DNA of 64,000 nucleotides. Origin: an uncultured delta proteobacterium (GTDB taxonomy: Bacteria; Desulfobacterota; Desulfobaccia; Desulfobaccales; 0-14-0-80-60-11). Below, one piece after another: positions 24,455-33,913 of the stretch. The position numbers and the translations under genes were made by a program. The notes beneath the pieces are model-generated. The model searched no databases. It saw only the letters and a program-made list of their open reading frames with translations, and had not been told where the DNA came from. How positions within the stretch are numbered: the first letter of the stretch is position 1; every line of letters starts with the position of its first letter. The DNA lies in the NCBI GenBank assembly GCA_963697965.1, contig OY969108.1:246467-310466 (forward strand), given 5' to 3'.

Positions 24455-27151
24455 ATGCTGCGAGCTGTGCGCCTGAAATTTCTCTTCCTCTTTTGCCTCA
24501 CCTTCCTGGCCATCATCTTCGTGCTGCCCTCAGTGACCGGTGAGTTGCCGGGCTGGTGGGAGCAACACGTCAGCCGTGGTCTGCACCTGGGGCTGGATCT
24601 GAAAGGGGGCATGAACCTGATCCTGCAGGTGGACATGGAGCAGGCGATCAACAACTCCTTGACCCGGGCCGGAGTGGAACTGAAAGAAAAGGCCGATAAA
24701 GCGGGGATAGACCTGAAGGTGGGAAATCTGGCCCTGCAAACCCTCCCCGTCACCCTGACCAACAAAGATGACCAGGCCGCCTTCCTGAGGTTGATGAAAG
24801 ATCAGTTCCCGACGCTTAATGTCGGCGAGCCCCAGCGCCAGGATAACCGCCTGGTCTTTGGCCTGGCTGTCAACCCCGCGGATGTCCAGCGCTTGCAAGA
24901 GCGCACCCTTTCCCAAAGCCTGGAGGTGCTGCGCAACCGCATCGACCAGTTCGGGGTCACCGAGCCGGTAATGGTGCGCGAGGGAACCGAGAACATCGTG
25001 GTGCAGCTTCCCGGCATCCAGGACCCCCAACGGGCCCTGGATCTCATCGGCCAGACGGCGCAGTTGCAATTCAAGATGGTGGACGATCAGACCAGCCTCG
25101 ATCTGCCGGGGCTCATTGACCAGGCCCTCAAGGAGGGCAAGCTGAAACCCGGCTATACCTGGGAAGAGATCAATGAGGCCCTGGCCGGTAAGATCCCCCC
25201 GGAAGATGAGGTCTATATCGAAAAGAAGGTCAACAATGAGACCGGGCGGGTGGAGCGGATTCCCCTGCTGCTGAAGAAGAAGGTGCTGATGACCGGCGCC
25301 AACATCGTCGACGCCAGTGCCAACACCGGCCAATATAACGAGTATCTGGTCAATTTTGAGTTCAACAGCCATGGGGCCCAGGAATTCTCCCAGATCACCG
25401 AGGCCAACCTCCATAAACGCCTGGCCATCATCCTGGACAACGTAGTGCAATCGGCCCCGGTAATCCAATCCCGCATCTCCGCCCGGGGCCAAATCACCGG
25501 CTCCTTCTCCCCCCAGGAGGCCCATGACCTGGCCATCGTCCTGAGGGCCGGGGCGCTGCCGGCCACGGTCAAGATCGTCCAGAATATCACGGTGGGCCCC
25601 ACCCTGGGGGCCGACTCCATTAAGAAGGGCCTCACCGCAGGTATCCTGGCTACTCTCCTGGTGGTGGGCTTCATGGTGTTCTACTACCGCTTCTCCGGAC
25701 TGGTGGCCGACTACGCCCTGGTGATCAACATCATCTTCCTCCTGGGGGCCCTGTCCCTGTTGGGCGCCACTCTCACCCTGCCGGGCATCGCCGGTATCAT
25801 CCTGTCGGTGGGCATGGCGGTGGACTCCAACGTCCTCATCTATGAACGCATGCGGGAGGAGTTCCAGGCCGGCAAGCCCCTGAAGGCCGGCATCGACGGC
25901 GGCTACGACAAGGCCTTCTGGACCATCATCGACTCCCACGTCACCACCCTGATCACCGCGGTGGTCCTGTTCCTTTTCGGCACCGGCCCCATCAAGGGCT
26001 TTGCCGTCACCCTGAGCCTGGGCGTCATCCTCAACCTGTTCACCGCCCTGTTTGGCACCCGGGTGGTCTACGACTGGTTGCTGATCAAGCGCTGGATAAC
26101 GAAACTCAGCTTCTTCCAGTTCTTTGAAAAGCCCAACTTCGATTTCATCTCCTGGCGCCACTATGCCTTCATCTTCTCCGGGACGCTCTGCCTCCTGGGT
26201 CTCATCGGCTTCGTGCAACTGAGCCGGGGCCACGGCAACCTGGGGGTGGAGTTCAGCGGCGGCGCCTTGGTGCAGATGAAAGCCAGCGAGCCCTTCACGG
26301 TCAACCGGGTGCGGGAGGCACTGGCCAAGGAAGGCTGGGGCAACTCCGAGATCCAGCAGGTGGAAGGCGGCAAGCAGCTCATCGTCAAGCTGAAAAAGTC
26401 GCAAGAGTCGGTGGGCCAAATGTCCAGCCACCTGGCCGCGGTCCTGAACCAATCTTTGGCCGGCAATCATTTTGAGATCATCGGCCAATCGGAGATCGGC
26501 GCCTCCATCAGCCAAGATCTGCGCAACAAGGCCATCGTCGCCATCGTCCTCGCCATGGTGGGGATCATGGCCTATATCGCCTGGCGGTTCGAATTCATCT
26601 TCGGGGTGGGCGCCGCGGTGGCCACCTTCCATGACGTTCTGGCGGTCCTGGGGGTCTTCTGGCTGCTCAACCGGGAGATCACCCTGCTGGTGGTCACGGC
26701 ATTGCTCACCCTGGCGGGCTATTCCCTGACCGACACGGTGGTGGTCTTCGACCGTATCCGGGAGAATCTGGCCAAGCGCCGGGGCAAACTGGCCGAAATC
26801 ATCAACCTGAGCGTCAACGAGGTGCTCTCCCGGACCATCATCACCAGCAGCACCGTGTTCCTGGTGGTCGTCGCCCTGTTCTTCTTCGGCGGCGTGGTCC
26901 TCCGGGATTTCGCCCTGGCCATGATCATGGGGGTCGTGGTGGGCACCTACTCCTCGGTTTTTGTGGCCAGCCCCGTGGTCTACGCCTGGCGCCGGGAGGC
27001 GAAACGAGTGGTGGTGAAGCGGGAAAAGGTCGTCGAACTGGCGGCCCAGAAACAGAAACGGGATGACAAGAAGGCGGCCAAGGCGGCGGCCCCCAAGACG
27101 GGCCCCAAGAAAAAAGGCGGCAAAAAGCAGGGACCAGGGGTTAGGGGTTAG
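24455..27151 (+). CDS. secDF: protein translocase subunit SecDF (fused SecD-SecF)
   Basis: 898 aa with an N-terminal TM helix, a large periplasmic domain and two 6-TM blocks. Lys-rich tail; the TAG stop lies inside the (GGGGTTA)n repeat. Confidence 0.9.
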   Translation: MLRAVRLKFLFLFCLTFLAIIFVLPSVTGELPGWWEQHVSRGLHLGLDLKGGMNLILQVDMEQAINNSLTRAGVELKEKADKAGIDLKVGNLALQTLPVTLTNKDDQAAFLRLMKDQFPTLNVGEPQRQDNRLVFGLAVNPADVQRLQERTLSQSLEVLRNRIDQFGVTEPVMVREGTENIVVQLPGIQDPQRALDLIGQTAQLQFKMVDDQTSLDLPGLIDQALKEGKLKPGYTWEEINEALAGKIPPEDEVYIEKKVNNETGRVERIPLLLKKKVLMTGANIVDASANTGQYNEYLVNFEFNSHGAQEFSQITEANLHKRLAIILDNVVQSAPVIQSRISARGQITGSFSPQEAHDLAIVLRAGALPATVKIVQNITVGPTLGADSIKKGLTAGILATLLVVGFMVFYYRFSGLVADYALVINIIFLLGALSLLGATLTLPGIAGIILSVGMAVDSNVLIYERMREEFQAGKPLKAGIDGGYDKAFWTIIDSHVTTLITAVVLFLFGTGPIKGFAVTLSLGVILNLFTALFGTRVVYDWLLIKRWITKLSFFQFFEKPNFDFISWRHYAFIFSGTLCLLGLIGFVQLSRGHGNLGVEFSGGALVQMKASEPFTVNRVREALAKEGWGNSEIQQVEGGKQLIVKLKKSQESVGQMSSHLAAVLNQSLAGNHFEIIGQSEIGASISQDLRNKAIVAIVLAMVGIMAYIAWRFEFIFGVGAAVATFHDVLAVLGVFWLLNREITLLVVTALLTLAGYSLTDTVVVFDRIRENLAKRRGKLAEIINLSVNEVLSRTIITSSTVFLVVVALFFFGGVVLRDFALAMIMGVVVGTYSSVFVASPVVYAWRREAKRVVVKREKVVELAAQKQKRDDKKAAKAAAPKTGPKKKGGKKQGPGVRG

Positions 27152-27157
27152 GGGTTG
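27136..27157 (+). repeat. (GGGGTTA)n word repeat at the secDF stop
   Basis: AGGGGTTAGGGGTTAGGGGTTG. The 18-mer is shared with 15689-15706. Confidence 0.85.
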
Positions 27158-27194
27158 TAAAGGTGGCGCAGGCGTCTCGCTTAGATTTATAGAT

Positions 27195-27269
27195 GCAGGG
27201 TGGGCACCGCCCACCATAAAAACAACATGCTTACATTAACCGAAAACGGAAAACGGAAAACGGAAAACG
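27195..27269 (+). repeat. GGGTGGGCACCGCCCACC palindrome plus (CGGAAAA)n word repeat
   Basis: GCAGGGTGGGCACCGCCCACC ... CCGAAAACGGAAAACGGAAAACGGAAAACG. Overlaps the 5-prime end of the purQ-like ORF. Confidence 0.85.
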
Positions 27270-28135
27270 AAGCGCCCAAGCCGAAGGCCTTGGTGCTCTA
27301 CGGCTACGGCCTCAATTGCGACTACGAGACCGCCTTCGCCCTGGACCTGGCCGGGGCCGAAGCGGTCCGGGTGCACACCACCGATCTCCTGGAAAACCCC
27401 GCGGCCCTCTGGAACTATCATCTGCTGGCGGTGCCGGGCGGCTTCAGTTGGGGGGATGAGCACGGCGCCGGGGTCATCCTGGCCCTCAGGCTGCGGCTGG
27501 CCCTGGGTTCGGCCCTCCAGGAGTTCATTGAGGCGGGACGCCTGGTGATCGCCATTTGCAACGGCTTTCAGGTCCTGGTGAACCTGGGGCTGCTGCCGGG
27601 ACTGGCGGGACGCCCGGGGGAGAGGTTGGCGGCCCTGATCCCCAATGATTGCGGCAAGTTCCGGGACGCCTGGGTGCATCTTCAGGTGGCCCCGTCCCAC
27701 TGCGTCTTCACCCGGGGGCTGGATCACCTGGAGCTACCGGTGCGCCACGGGGAAGGGAAATTCTTCGCCGCTCCGGAGGTGCTCCGGGAAATCGAGGACC
27801 GGGGCCAGATCGCTCTTAAATACGCCACTGCCGACGGAGCCGAAGCCGGCGGGCGCTTCCCGGACAACCCCAACGGCTCGCTCAAGGACATCGCCGGCAT
27901 CTGCGACGCCAGCGGCCGGGTCCTGGGCCTCATGCCCCATCCGGAGGCCCACGTCACTTCCTTCCAGCACCCCACCTGGACCCAGGAGAAGGAAGCCTGG
28001 CGCCGCCGGGGGCAACCCTACCCCGGACAAGTCGGCGCCGGCCTGGCCATCTTCCGCAACGCCGTCGATTATTTGCGGAAGGAAAATACGGCAGGGGGAA
28101 AAGGGGAAAATGGGAAAGGGGTAAAAGGTTTTTGA
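27227..28135 (+). CDS. purQ: phosphoribosylformylglycinamidine synthase glutamine amidotransferase subunit (PurQ-like)
   Basis: Class I GATase nucleophile elbow AICNGFQ and LGLMPHPE. GTG 27200 lies in a palindrome, so ATG 27227 is preferred. Both termini are encoded by word repeats. Confidence 0.75.
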   Translation: MLTLTENGKRKTENEAPKPKALVLYGYGLNCDYETAFALDLAGAEAVRVHTTDLLENPAALWNYHLLAVPGGFSWGDEHGAGVILALRLRLALGSALQEFIEAGRLVIAICNGFQVLVNLGLLPGLAGRPGERLAALIPNDCGKFRDAWVHLQVAPSHCVFTRGLDHLELPVRHGEGKFFAAPEVLREIEDRGQIALKYATADGAEAGGRFPDNPNGSLKDIAGICDASGRVLGLMPHPEAHVTSFQHPTWTQEKEAWRRRGQPYPGQVGAGLAIFRNAVDYLRKENTAGGKGENGKGVKGF

Positions 28136-28254
28136 ATTCCCTTTTTCCCTTGTCCCCTATACGGCAACACGGGAGGGGAAAAGGGTAAAAGGGTAAGAGG
28201 GTAAAAGGTTTTTGATTTTCCTTTTTCCCGTTTTCCCTTTTTCCCCTTTCCCCC
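28094..28254. repeat. two tandem purine-word / pyrimidine-word hairpins (GGGTAAAAG-type)
   Basis: GGGGGAAAAGGGGAAAATGGGAAAGGGGTAAAAGG TTTTTGA ATTCCCTTTTTCCCTTGTCCCC, then GGGAGGGGAAAAGGGTAAAAGGGTAAGAGGGTAAAAGG TTTTTGA TTTTCCTTTTTCCCGTTTTCCCTTTTTCCCCTTTCCCCC. Lies between convergent purQ and apgM. Confidence 0.85.
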
Positions 28255-28259
28255 TTTTT

Positions 28260-29459
28260 TTATTGTTCCAATAAGCGCGGCAGCAAATCCGCCGCCTGCT
28301 CCAGCAGCAGCCCCGCGTCCCGGGCGGCGGCCTCGGTGTAGGGGCGGGGCTGGTCCCCGGGGGTGCGGGAGTCGTAGAGGATGTAGGGGACCGGTTCCGG
28401 GCTGTGGGTACGCAGGCTGAGCGGGGTGAAGTGGTCGCAGAGCACCAGGAGGCGATGGTCTCCCAGGGTCTTTAAGCCGGCCAGCAGCGGCCCCACTATT
28501 TTGGCGTCGAAGTCCTCGATGGCCCTGAACTTCAGCTCCAGCTCACCGCTGTGTCCGGCCTCGTCCGGGGCCTCCACGTGCACGAAGACCAGGTCCCGAT
28601 GCTTCAGGGCTTCCAGGGCCGCGGCCACCTTGCCTGCGTAATTGGTATCCAGGAAGCCGGTGGCCCCGGGCACCAGGATCGGGGCCAGGCCGGCGTATTT
28701 GCCGATACCCCGGATCAGGTCCACCGCGGAGATCACCGCGCCGGAGAGACCGAAACGCTCCTTCAGGGTGGGGAGCTGCGGCGGCCGCCCCTGGCCCCAG
28801 AGCCAGATGGAGTTGGCGGGTTTTTTCCCCGCCGCCCGCCGCCGCACGTTAACCTCGTAGTCCTTCAGGATCGGCCAGGAGGCCCGCACCAGCTCCCACA
28901 TGGGAGCGGCGGCCCCGGCCTCCAACAGCAGGTGGCCCACCTCGCGGCCGCTCCAATCATGGGGCGGGTAGGTGCGCCAGACCTCCCCCCCGCCAGCGGC
29001 CCATACCAGCAGGTGGCGGTAGCTGACCCCGGGGTAGAAGCGGCGCCCCTCCCGGCCCAGGGCCGAATCGAGGACCTGGATGATCTCCCGCGCCTCAATG
29101 CTGCTGATATGCCCGGCGGAGTAATCCTCCATGAAGATGCCGTCCGGATCGAAGCGCAGGGTCACCAGGTTGCAGCGAAAGGCCACCTCCCGGGGACCCA
29201 GCTCCACCCCCAGGGCGGCGGCCTCCAACGGGGCCCTGCCGGTATGGTAGCGCCCCGGATCATAGCCCATGATGGCCAGGTTGGCGATATCACTTCCCGG
29301 CTCCATGCCGGGGGGGATGGTGCGGGCCAGGCCCAGTTCCCCCCGCCGGGCCAGTTCGTCCAGATTCGGGGTGGCCGCAGCCGCAAGCGGAGTCCGCCCC
29401 GCCAGTTGGGCCAGGGGGTAATCCCCCATGCCGTCGCCCACCAGGATTACGTATACCAT
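28260..29459 (-). CDS. cofactor-independent phosphoglycerate mutase family protein (archaeal ApgM type; possible non-canonical homoserine kinase)
   Basis: MVYVILVGDGMGD, PGMEPGSD and HVEAPDEAGH metalloenzyme motifs; 399 aa. Last gene of the aminotransferase-hom operon. Confidence 0.75.
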   Translation of the reverse strand: MVYVILVGDGMGDYPLAQLAGRTPLAAAATPNLDELARRGELGLARTIPPGMEPGSDIANLAIMGYDPGRYHTGRAPLEAAALGVELGPREVAFRCNLVTLRFDPDGIFMEDYSAGHISSIEAREIIQVLDSALGREGRRFYPGVSYRHLLVWAAGGGEVWRTYPPHDWSGREVGHLLLEAGAAAPMWELVRASWPILKDYEVNVRRRAAGKKPANSIWLWGQGRPPQLPTLKERFGLSGAVISAVDLIRGIGKYAGLAPILVPGATGFLDTNYAGKVAAALEALKHRDLVFVHVEAPDEAGHSGELELKFRAIEDFDAKIVGPLLAGLKTLGDHRLLVLCDHFTPLSLRTHSPEPVPYILYDSRTPGDQPRPYTEAAARDAGLLLEQAADLLPRLLEQ

Positions 29460-29477
29460 TCTTAGAGTTCTCGCCGC

Positions 29478-30869
29478 TTAAAGGGTGGTCTTTGCTTGCA
29501 AATCATCATTATCCTTGCCCAGGGTCTGTTCCAGATAACTTTCATATTTATGGCGGTTTTCCGTGAAGCGGCGCTTCAACAGGACGGTGTCGATATTCCA
29601 GGTCCTGGACTTGGAAAGCCCGAAGAAGATGCGCCCATCCTTGGAAAAGCGGTATTCCCAGAAGTCGCCCCGGTGGTCCGCCAACTGTTGGGAATAATGG
29701 ACCGCGCTCCGGGAGGGAATGGCCGCTCCTGATTTCAGGTCCTCTATGCCGGTATTATTCAGGGTGGCCAGGGCATCGGGAAGGGACGGGAAGATATCCG
29801 GGGAATTTTGGAGGTCCAGGATATCTTGCAGGGCTCGCCGGGAGAAATGCAAGTTCCGGTAAGCCATATTGAGCCAGGGAAACTCCTGGGGCCTCCTGGC
29901 CTTCTTTTTAGCAGGGTCGGGATAGTTTAACTCCTCCACTTCCCTTAAGGCCTCCAGTTCTTTCAGCTCCTTGAGGATGCCCTCCCGGTCCAGTTCAATG
30001 ACCTGCATCTTGTCGAGGGCTTCATTTCTTGCCGATTCGGCTTCCTTTAAGCCTTCCTGCATTTTCTTGCTTTTCCTGGATTGATGTTGGACGGCCTGCT
30101 CCAGCGCGGCAATAGTGTCATTGGCGCCGATCAGCTCGGCCTGGACCGCTTCCTGACTCAGGTCCAGAAGCTCCAGCCTCAGGTCCGCAGCCCGGATCTT
30201 GGTTTCCAGGTTTTGGATGCGCACTTCCCTGGCTTCCAGTTCGGATGCATACCAGTCTTCCCGGAGTTCCTCGGATTGTCTTTGATACCGGGCGGTTATG
30301 GCGCAAATGGCGGCAAACCCAACCAATACCATGAAATAGCTGAGAAGGCTTAAGGTAGAAACCACATTGTGAGGGGGCAGCAGCCGACCCAGCCCCTGCG
30401 GCTCCTTGTTCACCAAATAAAGCCTGCCCAGGGCTGCCGACTCCTCCTGGGGGACCAGTAAGGCTTGGGCATCGGTGTACGGCCCCGTCAGACTTGGTTG
30501 GGCGGCCGGGTCCTGAGACAGAAAATAGAATTTCTTGCCTTTCAGGAGGGCGGCGCCCCGGTTTCCGGAAGGCCAGGAGCGTGGGGCGTACTCGATGTTT
30601 CCGGCCTTATCCGTGAGCACCACGGCGTAAGGTCCGAGATCGGCGCTAAGGATCTCCTTAAGCAAATCCGGCCGCTGCTGCTCTTGCAAATAAGCAAGGG
30701 CGTAAGGGAAGATTCTGCAAATACCCTGCAGTTCCTGTTGGCCGGATTCGGTCAGGGCCTCTTGCCGATTCAAATTGTTCTGCCAGGAGCCGATTACCAG
30801 GATGGCGATGAACATTGCCAACCAGACCCCCAGCCAGACGATATACGGCGGTAAAAACTTGTCCTTCAT
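29478..30869 (-). CDS. membrane protein: TM - extracytoplasmic domain - TM - coiled coil - RelE/ParE-like C-terminal domain
   Basis: 463 aa. Hydrophobic helices at about residues 9-28 and 176-198; heptad-rich 200-330. The C-terminal part NLHFSRRALQDILDL...GDFWEYRFSKDGRIFFGLSKSRTWNIDTVLLKRRF resembles RelE/ParE/HigB toxins. Confidence 0.7.
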   Translation of the reverse strand: MKDKFLPPYIVWLGVWLAMFIAILVIGSWQNNLNRQEALTESGQQELQGICRIFPYALAYLQEQQRPDLLKEILSADLGPYAVVLTDKAGNIEYAPRSWPSGNRGAALLKGKKFYFLSQDPAAQPSLTGPYTDAQALLVPQEESAALGRLYLVNKEPQGLGRLLPPHNVVSTLSLLSYFMVLVGFAAICAITARYQRQSEELREDWYASELEAREVRIQNLETKIRAADLRLELLDLSQEAVQAELIGANDTIAALEQAVQHQSRKSKKMQEGLKEAESARNEALDKMQVIELDREGILKELKELEALREVEELNYPDPAKKKARRPQEFPWLNMAYRNLHFSRRALQDILDLQNSPDIFPSLPDALATLNNTGIEDLKSGAAIPSRSAVHYSQQLADHRGDFWEYRFSKDGRIFFGLSKSRTWNIDTVLLKRRFTENRHKYESYLEQTLGKDNDDLQAKTTL

Positions 30870-30908
30870 TCAGGGCTCTTTAATGGTTAGATCCGCCGGC
30901 GCCGCCCC

Positions 30909-32240
30909 TCAAATCCTGGCGGAGTGGAGGTGCGGGTCTTCGATGCGGTAAAAGATAGCCGGCGGGGAGACCACCGGCAGTTGGTCGATCATCTTGAGGG
31001 CCTGGCGGACGTCGGCCTCCCGTGCTTCGTGGGTGATCATGACAATGGGCACGGTGCCCGCCACTTCCCGCCCCTTCTGGGTAACCGCGGCGATACTGAT
31101 GCCGTAATTGCCCAGAACGCCGGAGACCTGGGCCAGCACTCCGGGGCGATCCAGGGCCGCGAAGCGGAAATAGTAGCTGGTCACCAGATCATTCAGGGGT
31201 TTGATGAGCCGGGTCGATTCCAGGGCATTGCCGCAGCCCAGGGGCGGCACCCGGCCGGCGCCTCCCCGCATCAGGTTGCGGGCCAGGTCCAGGATATCGC
31301 TCACCACGGCGCTGGCAGTGGGCATCATGCCGGCCCCCTGTCCGTAAAGCAAAATGGGCCCGGTGGCGTCGCCGGTGACATAAACGGCGTTCATGGCCCC
31401 GCTGACCCGGGACATCATGTGCTCCCTGGGGATGAGGGTGGGATGCACCCTGGCCTCCACCCGATGGCCATCGTCCCGGGTGATGGCCAGGAGTTTCAGG
31501 CGGTAGCCGAATTCCCGGGCGAACTGCAAATCGAGCGGGTCCAACCGGCTGATGCCTTCCACCGCGATGGCTTCCAGGTCCAGGCGGGCGCCATAGGACA
31601 GGCTCATGAGGATGGCCAGCTTATGGGCCGTGTCGGTCCCTTCCACGTCCAGGGTGGGATCGGCCTCGGCGTAGCCGGCGGCCTGGGCCTCGGCCAGGGC
31701 CTGGGCATAGGAAATACCCTGTTGCGACATCTGGGTGAGGATGTAGTTGCAGGTGCCATTCAGGATGCCGAAGAGCTCCTTGATGTGGTTGGCGGCCAGG
31801 CCCTGGCGCAAGGCCAGGATGATGGGGATGCCGCCGCACACCGCGGCTTCGAAGGCGATCTCCACCCCTTGGGCCGCCGCCGCGGCCAGGAGGTCATTGC
31901 CGTGATGGGCCAGCAGGGCTTTGTTGGCGGTGACCACGTGCTTGCCCCGTTCGATGGCGGCCAAAATATAGTCCCGGGCGGTGTCGAGTCCGCCGATCAG
32001 CTCCACCACGATGTCGATCCCGGGGTCATCCAGGATATCCGCGGCCCGGGAGGTGAGAAGCTCCTTGGGGACGGCCACGTCCCGGGGACGCTCCAGGTCC
32101 AGGTCCGCCACCTTGGCCAGCACCAGGCCGGCGCCCAGGCGCCGGGCCAGCAGCTCCTTCTGCTCCAGGAGGAGGCGCACCACGCCCTCCCCCACGGTGC
32201 CGAAGCCTATTACTCCAACTTTAACGGCTTTCATCTGCAT
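30909..32240 (-). CDS. hom: homoserine dehydrogenase
   Basis: VGVIGFGTVGEG NAD-binding motif, catalytic core, C-terminal ACT domain; 443 aa. Confidence 0.9.
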   Translation of the reverse strand: MQMKAVKVGVIGFGTVGEGVVRLLLEQKELLARRLGAGLVLAKVADLDLERPRDVAVPKELLTSRAADILDDPGIDIVVELIGGLDTARDYILAAIERGKHVVTANKALLAHHGNDLLAAAAAQGVEIAFEAAVCGGIPIILALRQGLAANHIKELFGILNGTCNYILTQMSQQGISYAQALAEAQAAGYAEADPTLDVEGTDTAHKLAILMSLSYGARLDLEAIAVEGISRLDPLDLQFAREFGYRLKLLAITRDDGHRVEARVHPTLIPREHMMSRVSGAMNAVYVTGDATGPILLYGQGAGMMPTASAVVSDILDLARNLMRGGAGRVPPLGCGNALESTRLIKPLNDLVTSYYFRFAALDRPGVLAQVSGVLGNYGISIAAVTQKGREVAGTVPIVMITHEAREADVRQALKMIDQLPVVSPPAIFYRIEDPHLHSARI

Positions 32241-32315
32241 CCCAACGTAACCACCAGAAAGGTCAGACCAGCGCCCCTGCGGTTCCGGAGCCGGAGAAGG
32301 CGCCGGCTCCCCATT

Positions 32316-33536
32316 TTATTTGGCCGGGGCCGCCGGCAGACCCAATTCTTCGGGGCTCTGGCGCAGCACGTGGCGGAGGCCGCGGATGGCCTGGTTGGTG
32401 CGATGGACGTTCTCCACCAGGGCGAAGCGCACGTATTCATCGCCCCACTCCCCGAAACCCAATCCCGGCGAAACCGCCACCTTGGCTTCCCGGATGAGCA
32501 TCAGGGTGAATTCCACCGAGCCCAGGTGCCGGAATTTCCGGGGAATCCGGGCCCAGGCGAACATGGTGCCCCGGGGCGGTTCCACCCGCCAGCCGATGTT
32601 GTGGAGACCCCGGCAGAGGGCGTCCCGCCGCTCCTGATAAATCGCCACCGTCTGCCGGACACAGTCGTAGGGGCCGTTCAGGGCGATGATGGAGGCGATC
32701 TGGATGGGTTGAAAGACCCCGTAGTCCAGGTAGCTCTTGATGCGGGTCAAGGCGTGGATCAGACGCCGGTTGCCCACCACGAAGCCCATGCGCCAGCCGG
32801 GCATGTTGTAACTCTTGGACAGAGAGAAGAGCTCCACCCCCACCTTCTTGGCCCCGGGCGCCTGGAGGAAGCTGGGCGCCTTGTAATCGTCGAAGACCAG
32901 GTCGGCATAGGCGAAGTCGTGGACGATATAGACGCCGTACTTCCTGGCGTAAGCCACGATCTGCTTGAAAAAGTCCAGATCCACGCACCTGGTGGTGGGG
33001 TTGTGGGGAAAAGAGATGATCAGCATCTTGGGCCGGGGCCGGATCAGCTCGGTGAGGTTGTGCAGGTCCTCAAAAAAGTCCCGGTCAGGGGCCAGCGGAA
33101 TGGACACCAGTTGGCCCCCGGAAATAACCACCGAGGCGGAATGGATGGGGTAGGTGGGATTGGGCACCAGCACCACGTCCCCGGCCTCCACCGTGGCCAG
33201 CACCAGGTGCGACAGGCCCTCCTTGGCGCCGATGGTGGCGATGGCCTCGGTTTCCGGATCGATATCCACCCCAAAGCGGCGCTTGTACCAATCGGAGATG
33301 GCCAGGCGCAGCTTGGTAATCCCCCGGGAGGCGGAATACCGGTGGTTAGCCGGTTTGCCCGCGGCCTCGACGAGCTTCGCCACGATGTGGGGCGGGGTGG
33401 GCAGATCGGGGTTGCCCATTCCCAAATCGATGATGTCTTCCCCTCGCCGCCGGGCCTCCATCTTCAGGGCGTTGACCGTGGCGAACACATAGGGGGGGAG
33501 GCGCTTCATGCGGGGGAATTCTTCTATGGCCTTCAT
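32316..33536 (-). CDS. class I/II PLP-dependent aminotransferase (AlaC/aspartate aminotransferase-like)
   Basis: LPPYVF...GMGNPD and the PLP-lysine region [14 protein letters not shown]; 406 aa. Confidence 0.85.
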   Translation of the reverse strand: MKAIEEFPRMKRLPPYVFATVNALKMEARRRGEDIIDLGMGNPDLPTPPHIVAKLVEAAGKPANHRYSASRGITKLRLAISDWYKRRFGVDIDPETEAIATIGAKEGLSHLVLATVEAGDVVLVPNPTYPIHSASVVISGGQLVSIPLAPDRDFFEDLHNLTELIRPRPKMLIISFPHNPTTRCVDLDFFKQIVAYARKYGVYIVHDFAYADLVFDDYKAPSFLQAPGAKKVGVELFSLSKSYNMPGWRMGFVVGNRRLIHALTRIKSYLDYGVFQPIQIASIIALNGPYDCVRQTVAIYQERRDALCRGLHNIGWRVEPPRGTMFAWARIPRKFRHLGSVEFTLMLIREAKVAVSPGLGFGEWGDEYVRFALVENVHRTNQAIRGLRHVLRQSPEELGLPAAPAK

Positions 33537-33650
33537 TAGGTCTCCTTCCAGCTAAACGAGCGAGATTTCCAGAGATTTATTATCGCAAATGGCCGGGACT
33601 TGTCAAATGGCGATGCGGGGAACACCCGGTTCTAGCAGGGCCGCCTTCCC

Positions 33651-33679
33651 TTGCCATTGCTGCGGCTATTGGATAGAAT
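33651..33679 (+). promoter_or_regulatory. sigma70-type promoter (TTGCCA-17-TAGAAT) directly abutting an ATG
   Basis: TTGCCA 33651-33656, 17-nt spacer, TAGAAT 33674-33679. ATG 33686 is 7 nt after the -10, which implies a leaderless mRNA. Confidence 0.5.
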
Positions 33680-33685
33680 GGCGCC

Positions 33686-33913
33686 ATGAATCGGCTGTTT
33701 TCCTTTTTCCTGAAGCTGTTCGTCTGCTTCCTGGCCGCCAAGTTCCTGGTGCAGGCGATGGATCTGGACAGCCCCACTTACCTATTGAGTCTGACGGCCC
33801 TGTTAATCATCAATGTTTACCTGTTTGAGATTCTGGTGTACCGGGATTACCGCGCCCATAAGGAGAACCCTCCGGAAGCGGCCCCGCCCCGGGCCCCGGA
33901 AGAGCAGCCGTGA
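33686..33913 (+). CDS. small hypothetical membrane protein (75 aa)
   Basis: Two hydrophobic helices (FSFFLKLFVCFLAAKFLV; LLSLTALLIINVYLFEILV) followed by a Pro/Ala-rich tail. Confidence 0.4.
   Translation: MNRLFSFFLKLFVCFLAAKFLVQAMDLDSPTYLLSLTALLIINVYLFEILVYRDYRAHKENPPEAAPPRAPEEQP

Noticed and set aside
24530-27217. 895-aa ORF on the minus strand covering all of secDF
   Set aside because: It is exactly antisense to a strongly conserved SecDF reading frame. Its composition is dominated by G/A/R/P/H/Q/D with no recognisable motif. It is a typical high-GC shadow ORF.
27236-28258. Possible CRISPR array suggested by short direct repeats (CGGAAAA, GGGTAAAAG words)
   Set aside because: The repeat period is only 7-9 nt with no unique spacers of 25-40 nt. 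No cas genes are present. The tracts overlap coding ends and form purine/pyrimidine hairpins instead.
30924-33539. 871-aa ORF on the plus strand
   Set aside because: It is antisense to hom and the aminotransferase, both of which have clear family motifs on the minus strand. It is a shadow ORF of GC-rich DNA.
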